The notes beneath the pieces are model-generated. The model searched no databases and was not told the DNA's origin. It saw only the letters and a list, made by a program, of their open reading frames with translations. The translations under genes and the position numbers were made by a program. A stretch of 64,000 nucleotides of DNA from Amphiscolops sp. MND2022 (lineage: Eukaryota). The stretch spans positions 43,402,001-43,466,000 of the forward strand of contig OZ076409.1 of assembly GCA_964187785.1 (NCBI GenBank), in the 5' to 3' direction. Positions 21,401 through 32,900 of the stretch are shown here, piece after piece (the stretch's first letter is position 1; every line of letters starts with the position of its first letter).

Positions 21401-22910
21401 AGAAGGAGCTTTTCACAACACCATCAGCTGAAAAGAAATATTTGAAGCCCAAAAAAAAATTTTAAAAACGACAAAACTGAACCACTCACCTCTCATGTCA
21501 ATTAGAACAGCTCCGTAACTGGCAGGGTACTGTCGCTCAATTTCACGCGTTTTGGATCTTGCGTCGGAGCCCGATTCCGACTGGCACATTGATCGCCTCC
21601 AAATCAGCGTATACCGTAAAAGGACATCTTTGTGTTTTTTGCCAATTCACAAATTCAACAACTCGGCCTTGCCCGGGCATCACAATTTCCAGAGGGACAT
21701 AAGTTTCACAAAACTTCAAGTGCCTTTGCATGTTTTGTTTTGCTATCGGCTGGTAACAGTTGCGGCAAAAACGGCTCTTCGGGCCCGCTTCTCGTTTTTT
21801 GGGAGATCGTGATAAATGATGAATAATGTTTGAGAAATTTTTTATCAGACAATAGTGACTGCGCTTTCCATTGACAAGTCTTAAAAGATCCACTCGGCGT
21901 CTTGACTTCTTGTTCTTGCTGCTGTAAATGTTGATGAGTTTGTTGTCCTCAAGTTGGTAAACGTTGATCGAGCACTTATTTCTCATTTCAAATGAGCGAA
22001 TTCCCGAAAGCGGCATTGGCATTTGCTTGGGGTCGAAATTCAGTTTTTCAATGTTTTTCATATGACTCTTCAGTCTGAATGGAGAACCAACAAAAGAAAA
22101 TAACGCAGCTGCAATGCAATATAAAAAACAGAAGCTATCTTTTTTATTGACGATGTTCAATAAACTTTTTTTGAGATTTCGAAGGATTGGAGGAGTCTCA
22201 ATGTATGTGCCAGGAGGTGAGCTGGCAATCTGAGCTGTTTTAATTTCCAATCGGGAGAGTCTATCGACAACCCAGCCTGAACCGCCAGTGGCAAACATAT
22301 TCAGCTGAGACATTAGCTGATCGACATGACCCAAGAATTCATCCATGGTCATTTCAACTGACACCCTTGCCATATTCGAATTGAAGTAAGCTTCAGTTGT
22401 TTCATCTAGTAAAGGTTTCATGAGGCGAACGGCGATTGAGAAGCCAATCCTAACGCTTCTCGCAACTTGCAATTTTGAATTAATAAAGGCCAGTAATTCG
22501 TTTTTGAACGACACCAGGCAATTGAACGGGTCAATGAACCCCGAATCTTCCATTTTCATTCGATGGATTTGAAAGCGAGAATTGAACGCCTGAGTGGTAA
22601 ACTCTACAGTTGCTGACGCTGAGTGGGTAATTGGTAGAGGTTGGTGCAAATGGACTGTTTCCTCATGTTCGTTCAGAGTTGTCAGTGAACCAAAAATAGT
22701 TGGACAAGCAGGACATCGATGGCTTTCATTCATATTATGCTGAGAGCGTAAATGCCTCAGCAAATTTTTAGTTTGAGTGAATGCTACAGAGCAGTGGCCA
22801 CACTGAAAGACTTTGGTTGCGTTATTGCTATTGGGGTGTTTCGTTCTGAGATGATTAGTGAGGGCCCGTTGTGATACAAGAATTTTTCCACATTCACGGC
22901 ATGAATACAT
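18418..22910 (-). CDS. polB: Protein-primed family B DNA polymerase; predicted exons 22910-21490, 21427-19070, 19005-18796, 18710-18418, with one +1 frameshift near 21580
   Basis: Three N-terminal C2H2 fingers, ExoI YADLEA, CxxC..HCHLTG..AHxxCN Zn insert, ExoII HNFSRYD, motif A FDVTSLY, motif B KLMSNACFGK, motif C YKDTDS. GT-AG introns join the ORFs in frame. Confidence 0.9.
18711..18795 (-). other. Predicted intron 3 of polB (85 nt, phase 1)
   Basis: TTCA|GTGAGT...TTTTCTTTCAG|CTGCC; in frame with the acidic ORF ending at 18418. Confidence 0.7.
19006..19069 (-). other. Predicted intron 2 of polB (64 nt, phase 1); removes the TAG at 19065-19067
   Basis: CCGAG|GTTAGT...CTTTCTTGTAG|GTTCC; in frame with the Ser-rich ORF. 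Confidence 0.7.
21428..21489 (-). other. Predicted intron 1 of polB (62 nt, phase 1)
   Basis: AGAG|GTGAGT...TTTCTTTTCAG|CTGAT; splicing gives ...AVLIDMR-A-DGVVKSSFYRG. Confidence 0.8.
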
Positions 22911-23710
22911 TTTAGACGAATGCCGTGTTTAGAATATTTGTCATCATAGTCTCGTTCCAATCTTTCTATGCACATGAAATTTCGAAATTTGAATTACACA
23001 AAGACGCACATTTGATTTTGAACTAAAGCAATAGTTACCAGAGCCGCATATGCGGTAAAGGAGTCGGATTAGGTCTTTTTCCTTCTGACTCGCTCGAATA
23101 CCAGTCATACGAATTTGATAAAACTGCACACAAAGGATCATGATATGGTGTAGAATGACTCTACAAAATTTCGTTCGAATCGTATGGACAGTTTTTGAGA
23201 AAATCGAAAAATGGCTGTTTTTGGCTATGTTTCTCACATTCCAGTCATACAATTTTGACGCCATTGCGCAGACAGGGGCCCCTTTCGGTGTAGAATGATT
23301 GTGCAAAATTTCATGAAAATCATATGGACAGTTTTTGAGAAATTTGAAATTTTCATAAAAGGTCGGGAGAAAAAACGATCCGATTGCATAAGTAGTCGAA
23401 AATTTTTCCGACTCCTAAAAATTTTCATCTGGAATGAGACTATGATCGATGTTTTTTTCCATGGAATTTTACCCTGTTTTTCTAAGTTTCGGAATTCAGG
23501 AATAAAAGGGTTTTCGTTGTTCAATCAGAAATATCGTGTTTCCTTGAATTCTTAATCAATGTTATAATTCTATTCAATTTTGTTCTTTTGGCTACTTTCT
23601 ATGATAACTTTCGTGAATTGTCAGGAAATGGCAAAATTAGTTGATAAAATCAATAAAAGTTGAATCTCAGTTACCATTATTGAAATGTATTGAATTCAGA
23701 ATGCACCTTC

Positions 23711-23950
23711 ATCATTAGTTTGCATTAGTAAACATTCATGACAATTGGCATACATTCCGCTCAGTATGGTTATAATGAACTTTAACCTTTCTGACTTAGA
23801 ATAATTTCGGTCGGGAGCCCTAAAAGTGAGATAGGTTTCTGTCTTAGAATAATTTCGGTTGGGAGCCCTAAAAGTGAGATAGGTTTCTGACTTAGAATAA
23901 TTTCGGTTGGGAGCCCAAAACATCATTAAACCCCCCCTGCTATTACTACT
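23711..23950 (-). repeat. Polinton right TIR
   Basis: Reverse complement of 9641-9880, followed by TSD GAAGTT. Confidence 0.97.
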
Positions 23951-26900
23951 GAAGTTAATATGTGACTATCAGAAAAAGCGGAAATAATCTAGGAAACTAT
24001 CATTTGAAGCAAAATGTTTTTTGGCGAAACGAAAAACCATGAAAATCGAAACCAAACAGTAGACGTTTTTATTCAGCCTGGCACCTGGGCAATTTTTCGA
24101 AAAATTTTCCAAACCATCAAGTATTTAAACCAAAATTGTAGGACTAACAAAAAAGTTGATTGGAAATTTTTTTTTTATTTTATTCAAATGTACTAGGTCA
24201 AGTCAGACAAAACATCTTGAAACGTCAAACATTCTTATAATGCGCTTTTATGATAAGCAAAAGTTTCAACACTTTGGAATAAAACAGTCATCAAGGCCGA
24301 GGATAATCCTCAAACCGAACGCTTAACCAAAGTCTGTGCTTTAGATGAATGAAAATGTTGTAAAAGTTTAAAACAAAGTGTAATGGAATGATTTGAATTC
24401 GACTTTTTGCCAGCTCAACAGCAATTACATGAAGGTTGAATCCCCCGTGACAATTACCGATGAATGTTTTCTTTCTTCACGCATTTCACGCCATCTTCTT
24501 TTAGAAGGACGATTTTTGCCACCACACGGCAAGTAATACGAGGTATCGAAAACTGACGTCTTGCATGAGTTGAATTTCGCCTCGGTCGTGTGATGAAGAT
24601 AAACATGCTTAAACTTGTTTGACGAAAAAGACCTACGGACAATTCGTTTTATATTGAGATTCGTGAGGCCGTGTGATTTGTGGAAGGATCTCCAAAATAA
24701 CTGTCTCTGCGTCAGATCTTTGCAAATAGCATTAGGCAACAACACCATAACTCTTTGTCTCCTGTAGTTGTGACTTAACTGTGTCAAAAGTAGATAAAGA
24801 GTGTGAGTATGAGATCGTGCCAAAGTTTTACCATGGCATCATTATTGAAATGATTTTTCTTCAGAACAGATATAACTTTTTTCTTCGACTTTTCGCGGTT
24901 GAAAGATAAGCCGGTATCGCTATTATACACAGGGAATTGTATGAATCCATTGGAAGATCAATAATATATCGGCTCAGCGAAATATTAAACTTCATAGACA
25001 TTCTAATTAACTGAAAAAAACTGTGCAAGTCATGAGACTAGAATATTTTGGAAACCCTCAGATCTATATTGTTCGAGGTATCGAATTCAACAAGCAATAG
25101 AACAGCTGATTTGAAAAGTTGTTTTTCAACCCGTTATCATCCGAGGATGATCGCAGATCATAAGGGAAAAATAGAGAATCGGTAAACATGCAGATTGTAG
25201 GTAAATCAAATGAAATAACGTTTCCAGGTTCTTTAACGACTGACTTCAAACTTGGGAAATTGTGTCAAATGCATAAATTTTGAGCGGTGCGCACTAGAAA
25301 TATACATGTATAATAAATATCCCGATTATTATATTTTATGCATGTATCCAGTGGCCTAGAAGGTGTTTTTATTCAAATGTACTAGGTCAAGTCAGACAAA
25401 AAATCTTGAAACGTCAAACATTCCTTAGAATGCACATTTACGATAACCAAGAGTTCCAACACTTTGGAATAAAATAGTCATCAAGGCCGAGGAAAATCCT
25501 CAGACCGAACGCTAAACCAAAGTCTGTGCTTTAGGTGATTGAAAATGTTGTAAAAGTTTAAAACAAAATGTAATGGAATGATTTGAATTCGACTTTTTGC
25601 CAGCTCAACAGCAATTACATGGAAGGTTGAATCCCCCGTGACAATTACCGATGAATGTTTTCTTTCTTCACGCATTTCACGCCATCTTCTTTTAGAAGGA
25701 CGATTTTTGCCACCACACGGCAAGTAATACGAGGTATCCAAAACTGACGTCTTGCATGAGTTGAATTTCGCCTCGGTCGTTTGATGAAGATGAACATGCT
25801 TAAACTTGTTTGACGAAAAAGACCTACGGACAATTCGTTTTATATTGAGGTTCGTGAGGCCGTGTGATTTGTGGAAGGATTTCCGAAAGAACTCTCTCTG
25901 CGTCAGATCTTTGCAAATAGCATTAGGCAACAACACCATAACTCATTGCCTCCTGTTGTTGTGACATAATTGCTGACACAGAACTTGCAGTGCTCTCATG
26001 AACTGTGTCAAAAGTAGATAAAGAGTGTGAGTATGAGATCGTGCCAAAGTTTTACCATGGCATCATTGTTGAAATATTTTTCTTCAGAACAGATATAACA
26101 TTTTTCTTCGACTTTTCGCGGTTGAAACATAAGCCGGAATCGCTATTATACACAGGGAATTGTATGAATCCATTGGAAGATCAATAATATCGGCTCAGCG
26201 ATAAGGCAGCGAGAATATTAAACTTCACAGACATTCTAATTAACTGAAAAAAAGTGTGCAAGTCATGAGACTAGAATATTTTAGAAACCCTCAGATCTAT
26301 ATTGTTCGAGGTATCGAATTCAACAAGCAATAGAACAGTTGATTTGAAAAGTTTTTTTCAACCCGTTATCATCCGAGGGTGATCGCAGACCATAAGGTAA
26401 AAAATAGAGAATCGGTAAACATGCAGATTGCAGGTAAATCAAGTGAAATGACGTTTCCAGGTTCTTTAACGACATCAAACTTGGGAAATTGTGTCAAATG
26501 CATAAATTTTGAGCGGTACGTACTAGGAATATACATGTAGAATAAATATCCCGATTATTATATTTTATACATGTATCCAGTGGCCTAGAATGTGTTGTTT
26601 TCTTGTGTTGAATTTTCTGATAATCGAAAAACGAAAGGAGATGGCTTTTGCCTTTTTATTACTTCTGCGATAGCAGGAACAATATTAAAATCTCAACAGT
26701 TCAATTTTTTTAGTTCAATTTTTGTCGTGATATCGAGTGCCTACTGAAAATTTTAGACGAATTGTTCGGCAGAGAGTGGTAAGCGTGATAATCAAATTTT
26801 TTAAGCTGCCGACAACATTTCGTTTTTCGTGCGATGGAACGAGCGATTAGTGATTATGCATTTGTACGCCGAATTCATCGAGGTGAAGCGAGCCAATGTT

Positions 26901-29900
26901 CCTAATTTTGCTTTCGTACGCCGAGTTATTGAGATAAAGCGAACGAATGGTAATTATTCGTTCGTCGAGAATTTCGCTTGCATTCAATACTTCGTCTACG
27001 CTTAGTAGTTGTTTTCTTTAGTCCGAGAAGAATTAAAGGTGGTGTGAACTGGTAGAGTGATTAATTGTTCGCTATATAATTGATTAAGATATGCTTCTTT
27101 TATTAAACGTGAAAGCCTAAAAGCAGAAATCATACTGTGCCCGCAGGGGCCTTTTTCAAAAACACGAAAAGGTTTACCAGATTCCATTGGGTTCAGAGAA
27201 AAACAGTCCATGGAGCCCTCCAGGAGCGATGTGGTTCTGTGAACATGGCCCCAGGCGAAAGCTTCTGTGTTGTGCCTTCGAAGCTCTCTCCACTATATTT
27301 GTGGAGCTAGAATCCATCACTTATTCTTCACGAACTCTATATCCAAAAAATGCTGAATTTCGATGCATTCAGTTTTTTGTGAATTCCTAATGTTCCAGCA
27401 AAAAGCTTTGAAGTGGGGTCACCCGAGCTGCCGACAACCTCATCATTTTGAATGAGATCAATTGTGACACATGGTCGCTAAGTTTCAAAACAGAACCCGG
27501 GCATATGACACCACTTCGTCAACAGAACCCGGGCATATGACACCACTTCGTCCACATTATGCGTACCCCAGGGCATCATCATGTGAAGCAAAATATTGTC
27601 ACTCGATCTCCAAAAACCCACCTGAGGGACCAGCCGCGTTTGGTCTCAGAAGGACGTTGCTTCCTAGGCTGACAACTTCTGCACCTCCAAAGATTTTTTC
27701 AACAATCAGTCAGTCGCGTCTGCTGTACCCCATTCGTTCGTTGTGGCGCGCTGGGGCCCATTGGTCTCTAAACAAACTACAACTGTCTAGGAACAGTCGA
27801 GCGAAAGAAAACAATCAACGAGAATCAATTGATGTTACCTTGAGGGTTGAACAAACAAAGAAAATGTACCTGAACGCAAAACAAAAAAGTTGCACAGTGA
27901 CTGAAAATCCCATAGACTTCTAGATCGCAAAAAAGTGTCGGAATTTAAGAAGAGGTACCTCCCTAGTAAAACGCAATTCACTTCGGATATAACGTCAAAA
28001 GTTCGGATATTGTGTTTTTCTTAAAAAGTAGATAAAGAGTGTGAGTATGAGATCGTGCCAAAGTTTTACCATGGCATCATTGTTGAAATATTTTTCTTCA
28101 GAACAGATATAACATTTTTCTTCGACTTTTCGCGGTTGAAACATAAGCCGGAATCGCTATTATACACAGGGATTTGTATGAATCCATTGGAAGATCAATA
28201 ATATCGGCTCAGCGATAAAGCAGCGAGAAAATAAAACTTCACAGACATTCTAATTAACTGAAAAAAAGTGTGCAAGTCCTGAGACTAGAATATTTTAGAA
28301 ACCCTCAGATCTATATTGTTCGAGGTATCGAATTCAACAAGCAATAGAACAGTTGATTTGAAAAGTTTTTTTCAACCCGTATCATTCGAGGGTGATCGCA
28401 GACCATAAGGTAAAAAATAGAGAATCGGTAAACATGCAGATTGCAGGTAAATCAAGTGAAATGACGTTTCCAGGTTCTTTAACGACATCAAACTTGGGAA
28501 ATTGTGTCAAATGCATAAATTTTGAGCGGTACGTACTAGGAATATACATGTAGAATAAATATCCCGATTATTATATTTTATACATGTATCCAGTGGCCTA
28601 GAATGTGTTGTTTTCTTGTGTTGAATTTTCTGATAATCGAAAAACGAGAGGAGATGGCTTTTGCCTTTTTATTACTTCTGCGATAGCAGAAACAATATTA
28701 AAATCTCAACAGTTCAATTTTTTTAGTTCAATTTTTGTCGTGATATCGAGTGCCTACTGAAAATTTTAGACGAATTGTTCGGCAGAGAGTGGTAAGCGTG
28801 ATAATCAAATTTCTTAAGCTGCCGACAACATTTCGTTTTTCGTGCGATGGAACCTTCAAAGTCATCTGCAACACAGTTTCTGCATATTGTCTAAGTTATA
28901 GCATTCCTGTTCCCACAAAGCTCGCAAAATGTATTGCGATTTGTGCAACGTTCTGAGTGACGGGACAATTGACCACATCGTTGGCAGTTTTGTAGGCATT
29001 TTTCGGAGGCATTTCTGAATGTGAAAATGAACTGGCAAATATATAGAAGTTAATATGTGACTATCAGAAAAAGCGGAAATAATCTAGGAAACTATCATTT
29101 GAAGCAAAATGTTTTTTGGCGAAACGAAAAACCATGAAAATCGAAACCAAACAGTAGACGTTTTTATTCAGCCTGGCACCTGGGCAATTTTTCGAAAAAT
29201 TTTCCAAACCATCAAGTATTTAAACCAAAATTGTAGGACTAACAAAAAAGTTGATTGGAAAATTTTTTTTTATTTTATTCAAATGTACTAGGTCAAGTCA
29301 GACAAAACATCTTGAAACGTCAAACATTCTTATAATGCGCTTTTATGATACGCAAAAGTTTCAACACTTTGGAATAAAACAGTCATCAAGGCCGAGGATA
29401 ATCTTCAAACCGAACGCTTAACCAAAGTCTGTGCTTTAGATGAATGAAAATGTTGTAAAAGTTTAAAACAAAGTGTAATGGAATGATTTGAATTCGACTT
29501 TTTGCCAGCTCAACAGCAATTACATGAAGGTTGAATCCCCCGTGACAATTACCGATGAATGTTTTCTTTCTTCACGTATTTCACGCCATCTTCTTTTAGA
29601 AGGACGATTTTTGCCACCACACGGCAAGTAATACGAGGTATCCAAAACTGACGTCTTGCATGAGTTGAATTTCGCCTCGGTCGTGTGATGAAGATGAACA
29701 TGCTTAAACTTGTTTGACGAAAAAGACCTACGGACAATTCGTTTTATATTGAGGTTCGTGAGGCCGTGTGATTTGTGGAAGGATCTCCAAAATAACTGTC
29801 TCTGCGTCAGATCTTTGCAAATAGCATTAGGCAACAACACCATAACTCTTTGTCTCCTGTAGTTGTGACTTAACTGTGTCAAAAGTAGATAAAGAGTGTG

Positions 29901-32900
29901 AGTATGAGATCGTGCCAAAGTTTTACCATGGCATCATTATTGAAATGATTTTTCTTCAGAACAGATATAACTTTTTTCTTCGACTTTTCGCGGTTGAAAG
30001 ATAAGCCGGTATCGCTATTATACACAGGGAATTGTATGAATCCATTGGAAGATCAATAATATATCGGCTCAGCGAAATATTAAACTTCATAGACATTCTA
30101 ATTAACTGAAAAAAACTGTGCAAGTCATGAGACTAGAATATTTTGGAAACCCTCAGATCTATATTGTTCGAGGTATCGAATTCAACAAGCAATAGAACAG
30201 CTGATTTGAAAAGTTGTTTTTCAACCCGTTATCATCCGAGGATGATCGCAGATCATAAGGGAAAAATAGAGAATCGGTAAACATGCAGATTGTAGGTAAA
30301 TCAAATGAAATAACGTTTCCAGGTTCTTTAACGACTGACTTCAAACTTGGGAAATTGTGTCAAATGCATAAATTTTGAGCGGTGCGCACTAGAAATATAC
30401 ATGTATAATAAATATCCCGATTATTATATTTTATGCATGTATCCAGTGGCCTAGAAGGTGTTTTTATTCAAATGTACTAGGTCAAGTCAGACAAAAAATC
30501 TTGAAACGTCAAACATTCCTTAGAATGCGCATTTACGATAACCAAGAGTTCCAACACTTTGGAATAAAATAGTCATCAAGGCCGAGGAAAATCCTCAGAC
30601 CGAACGCTAAACCAAAGTCTGTGCTTTAGGTGATTGAAAATGTTGTAAAAGTTTAAAACAAAATGTAATGGAATGATTTGAATTCGACTTTTTGCCAGCT
30701 CAACAGCAATTACATGGAAGGTTGAATCCCCCGTGACAATTACCGATGAATGTTTTCTTTCTTCACGCATTTCACGCCATCTTCTTTTAGATGGACGATT
30801 TTTGCCACCACACGGTAAGTAATACGAGGTATCCAAAACTGACGTCTTGCATGAGTTGAATTTCGCCTCGGTCGTTTGATGAAGATGAACATGCTTAAAC
30901 TTGTTTGACGAAAAAGACCTACGGACAATTCGTTTTATATTGAGGTTCGTGAGGCCGTGTGATTTGTGGAAGGATTTCCGAAAGAACTCTCTCTGCGTCA
31001 GATCTTTGCAAATAGCATTAGGCAACAACACCATAACTCATTGCCTCCTGTTGTTGTGACATAATTGCTGACACAGAACTTGCAGTGCTCTCATAAACTG
31101 TGTCAAAAGTAGATAAAGAGTGTGAGTATGAGATCGTGCCAAAGTTTTACCATGGCATCATTGTTGAAATATTTTTCTTCAGAACAGATATAACATTTTT
31201 CTTCGACTTTTCGCGGTTGAAACATAAGCCGGAATCGCTATTATACACAGGGAATTGTATGAATCCATTGGAAGATCAATAATATCGGCTCAGCGATAAA
31301 GCAGCGAGAATATTAAACTTCACAGACATTCTAATTAACTGAAAAAAAGTGTGCAAGTCATGAGACTAGAATATTTTAGAAACCCTCAGATCTATATTGT
31401 TCGAGGTATCGAATTCAACAAGCAATAGAACAGCTGATTTGAAAAGTTTTTTTTAACCCGTTATCATCCGAGGGTGATCGCAGACCATAAGGTAAAAAAT
31501 AGAGAATCGGTAAACATGCAGATTGCAGGTAAATCAAGTGAAATGACGTTTCCAGGTTCTTTAACGACATCAAACTTGGGAAATTGTGTCAAATGCATAA
31601 ATTTTGAGCGGTACGTACTAGGAATATACATGTAGAATAAATATCCCGATTATTATATTTTATACATGTATCCAGTGGCCTAGAATGTGTTGTTTTCTTG
31701 TGTTGAATTTTCTGATAATCGAAAAACGAAAGGAGATGGCTTTTGCCTTTTTATTACTTCTGCGATAGCAGGAACAATATTAAAATCTCAACAGTTCAAT
31801 TTTTTTAGTTCAATTTTTGTCGTGATATCGAGTGCCTACTGAAAATTTTAGACGAATTGTTCGGCAGAGAGTGGTAAGCGTGATAATCAAATTTTTTAAG
31901 CTGCCGACAACATTTCGTTTTTCGTGCGATGGAACGAGCGATTAGTGATTATGCATTTGTACGCCGAATTCATCGAGGTGAAGCGAGCCAATGTTCCTAA
32001 TTTTGCTTTCGTACGCCGAGTTATTGAGATAAAGCGAACGAATGGTAATTATTCGTTCGTCGAGAATTTCGCTTGCATTCAATACTTCGTCTACGCTTAG
32101 TAGTTGTTTTCTTTAGTCCGAGAAGAATTAAAGGTGGTGTGAACTGGTAGAGTGATTAATTGTTCGCTATATAATTGATTAAGATATGCTTCTTTTATTA
32201 AACGTGAAAGCCTAAAAGCAGAAATCATACTGTGCCCGCAGGGGCCTTTTTCAAAAACACGAAAAGGTTTACCAGATTCCATTGGGTTCAGAGAAAAACA
32301 GTCCATGGAGCCCTCCAGGAGCGATGTGGTTCTGTGAACATGGCCCCAGGCGAAAGCTTCTGTGTTGTGCCTTCGAAGCTCTCTGCTAAGGGACTATATT
32401 TGTGGAGCTAGAATCCATCACTTATTCTTCACGAACTCTATATCCAAAAAATGCTGAATTTCGATGCATTCAGTTTTTTGTGAATTCCTAATGTTCCAGC
32501 AAAAAGCTTTGAAGTGGGGTCACCCGAGCTGCCGACAACCTCATCATTTTGAATGAGATCAATTGTGACACATGGTCGCTAAGTTTCAAAACAGAACCCG
32601 GGCATATGACACCACTTCGTCAACAGAACCCGGGCATATGACACCACTTCGTCCACATTATGCGTACCCCAGGGCATCATCATGTGAAGCAAAATATTGT
32701 CACTCGATCTCCAAAAACCCACCTGAGGGACCAGCCGCGTTTGGTCTCAGAAGGACGTTGCTTCCTAGGCTGACAACTTCTGCACCTCCAAAGATTTTTT
32801 CAACAATCAGTCAGTCGCGTCTGCTGTACCCCATTCGTTCGTTGTGGCGCGCTGGGGCCCATTGGTCTCTAAACAAACTACAACTGTCTAGGAACAGTCG

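Larger units (their letters stand above)
9641..23950. mobile_element. Full-length Polinton/Maverick (adintovirus-like endogenous virus), 14,310 bp
   Basis: AGTAGT...ACTACT termini, 240-bp TIRs, 6-bp TSD GAAGTT (9635-9640, 23951-23956). Encodes PolB, rve integrase, ATPase, capsid proteins and adenain. Confidence 0.98.

Noticed and set aside
24425..25939. Recurrent 132/152-aa minus-strand ORFs in the array
   Set aside because: No domain recognised, and the frames differ between subunits through indels.
27471..27923. 150-aa ORF present three times (also 32572 and 34590)
   Set aside because: No recognisable motif; its conservation is explained by recent duplication.
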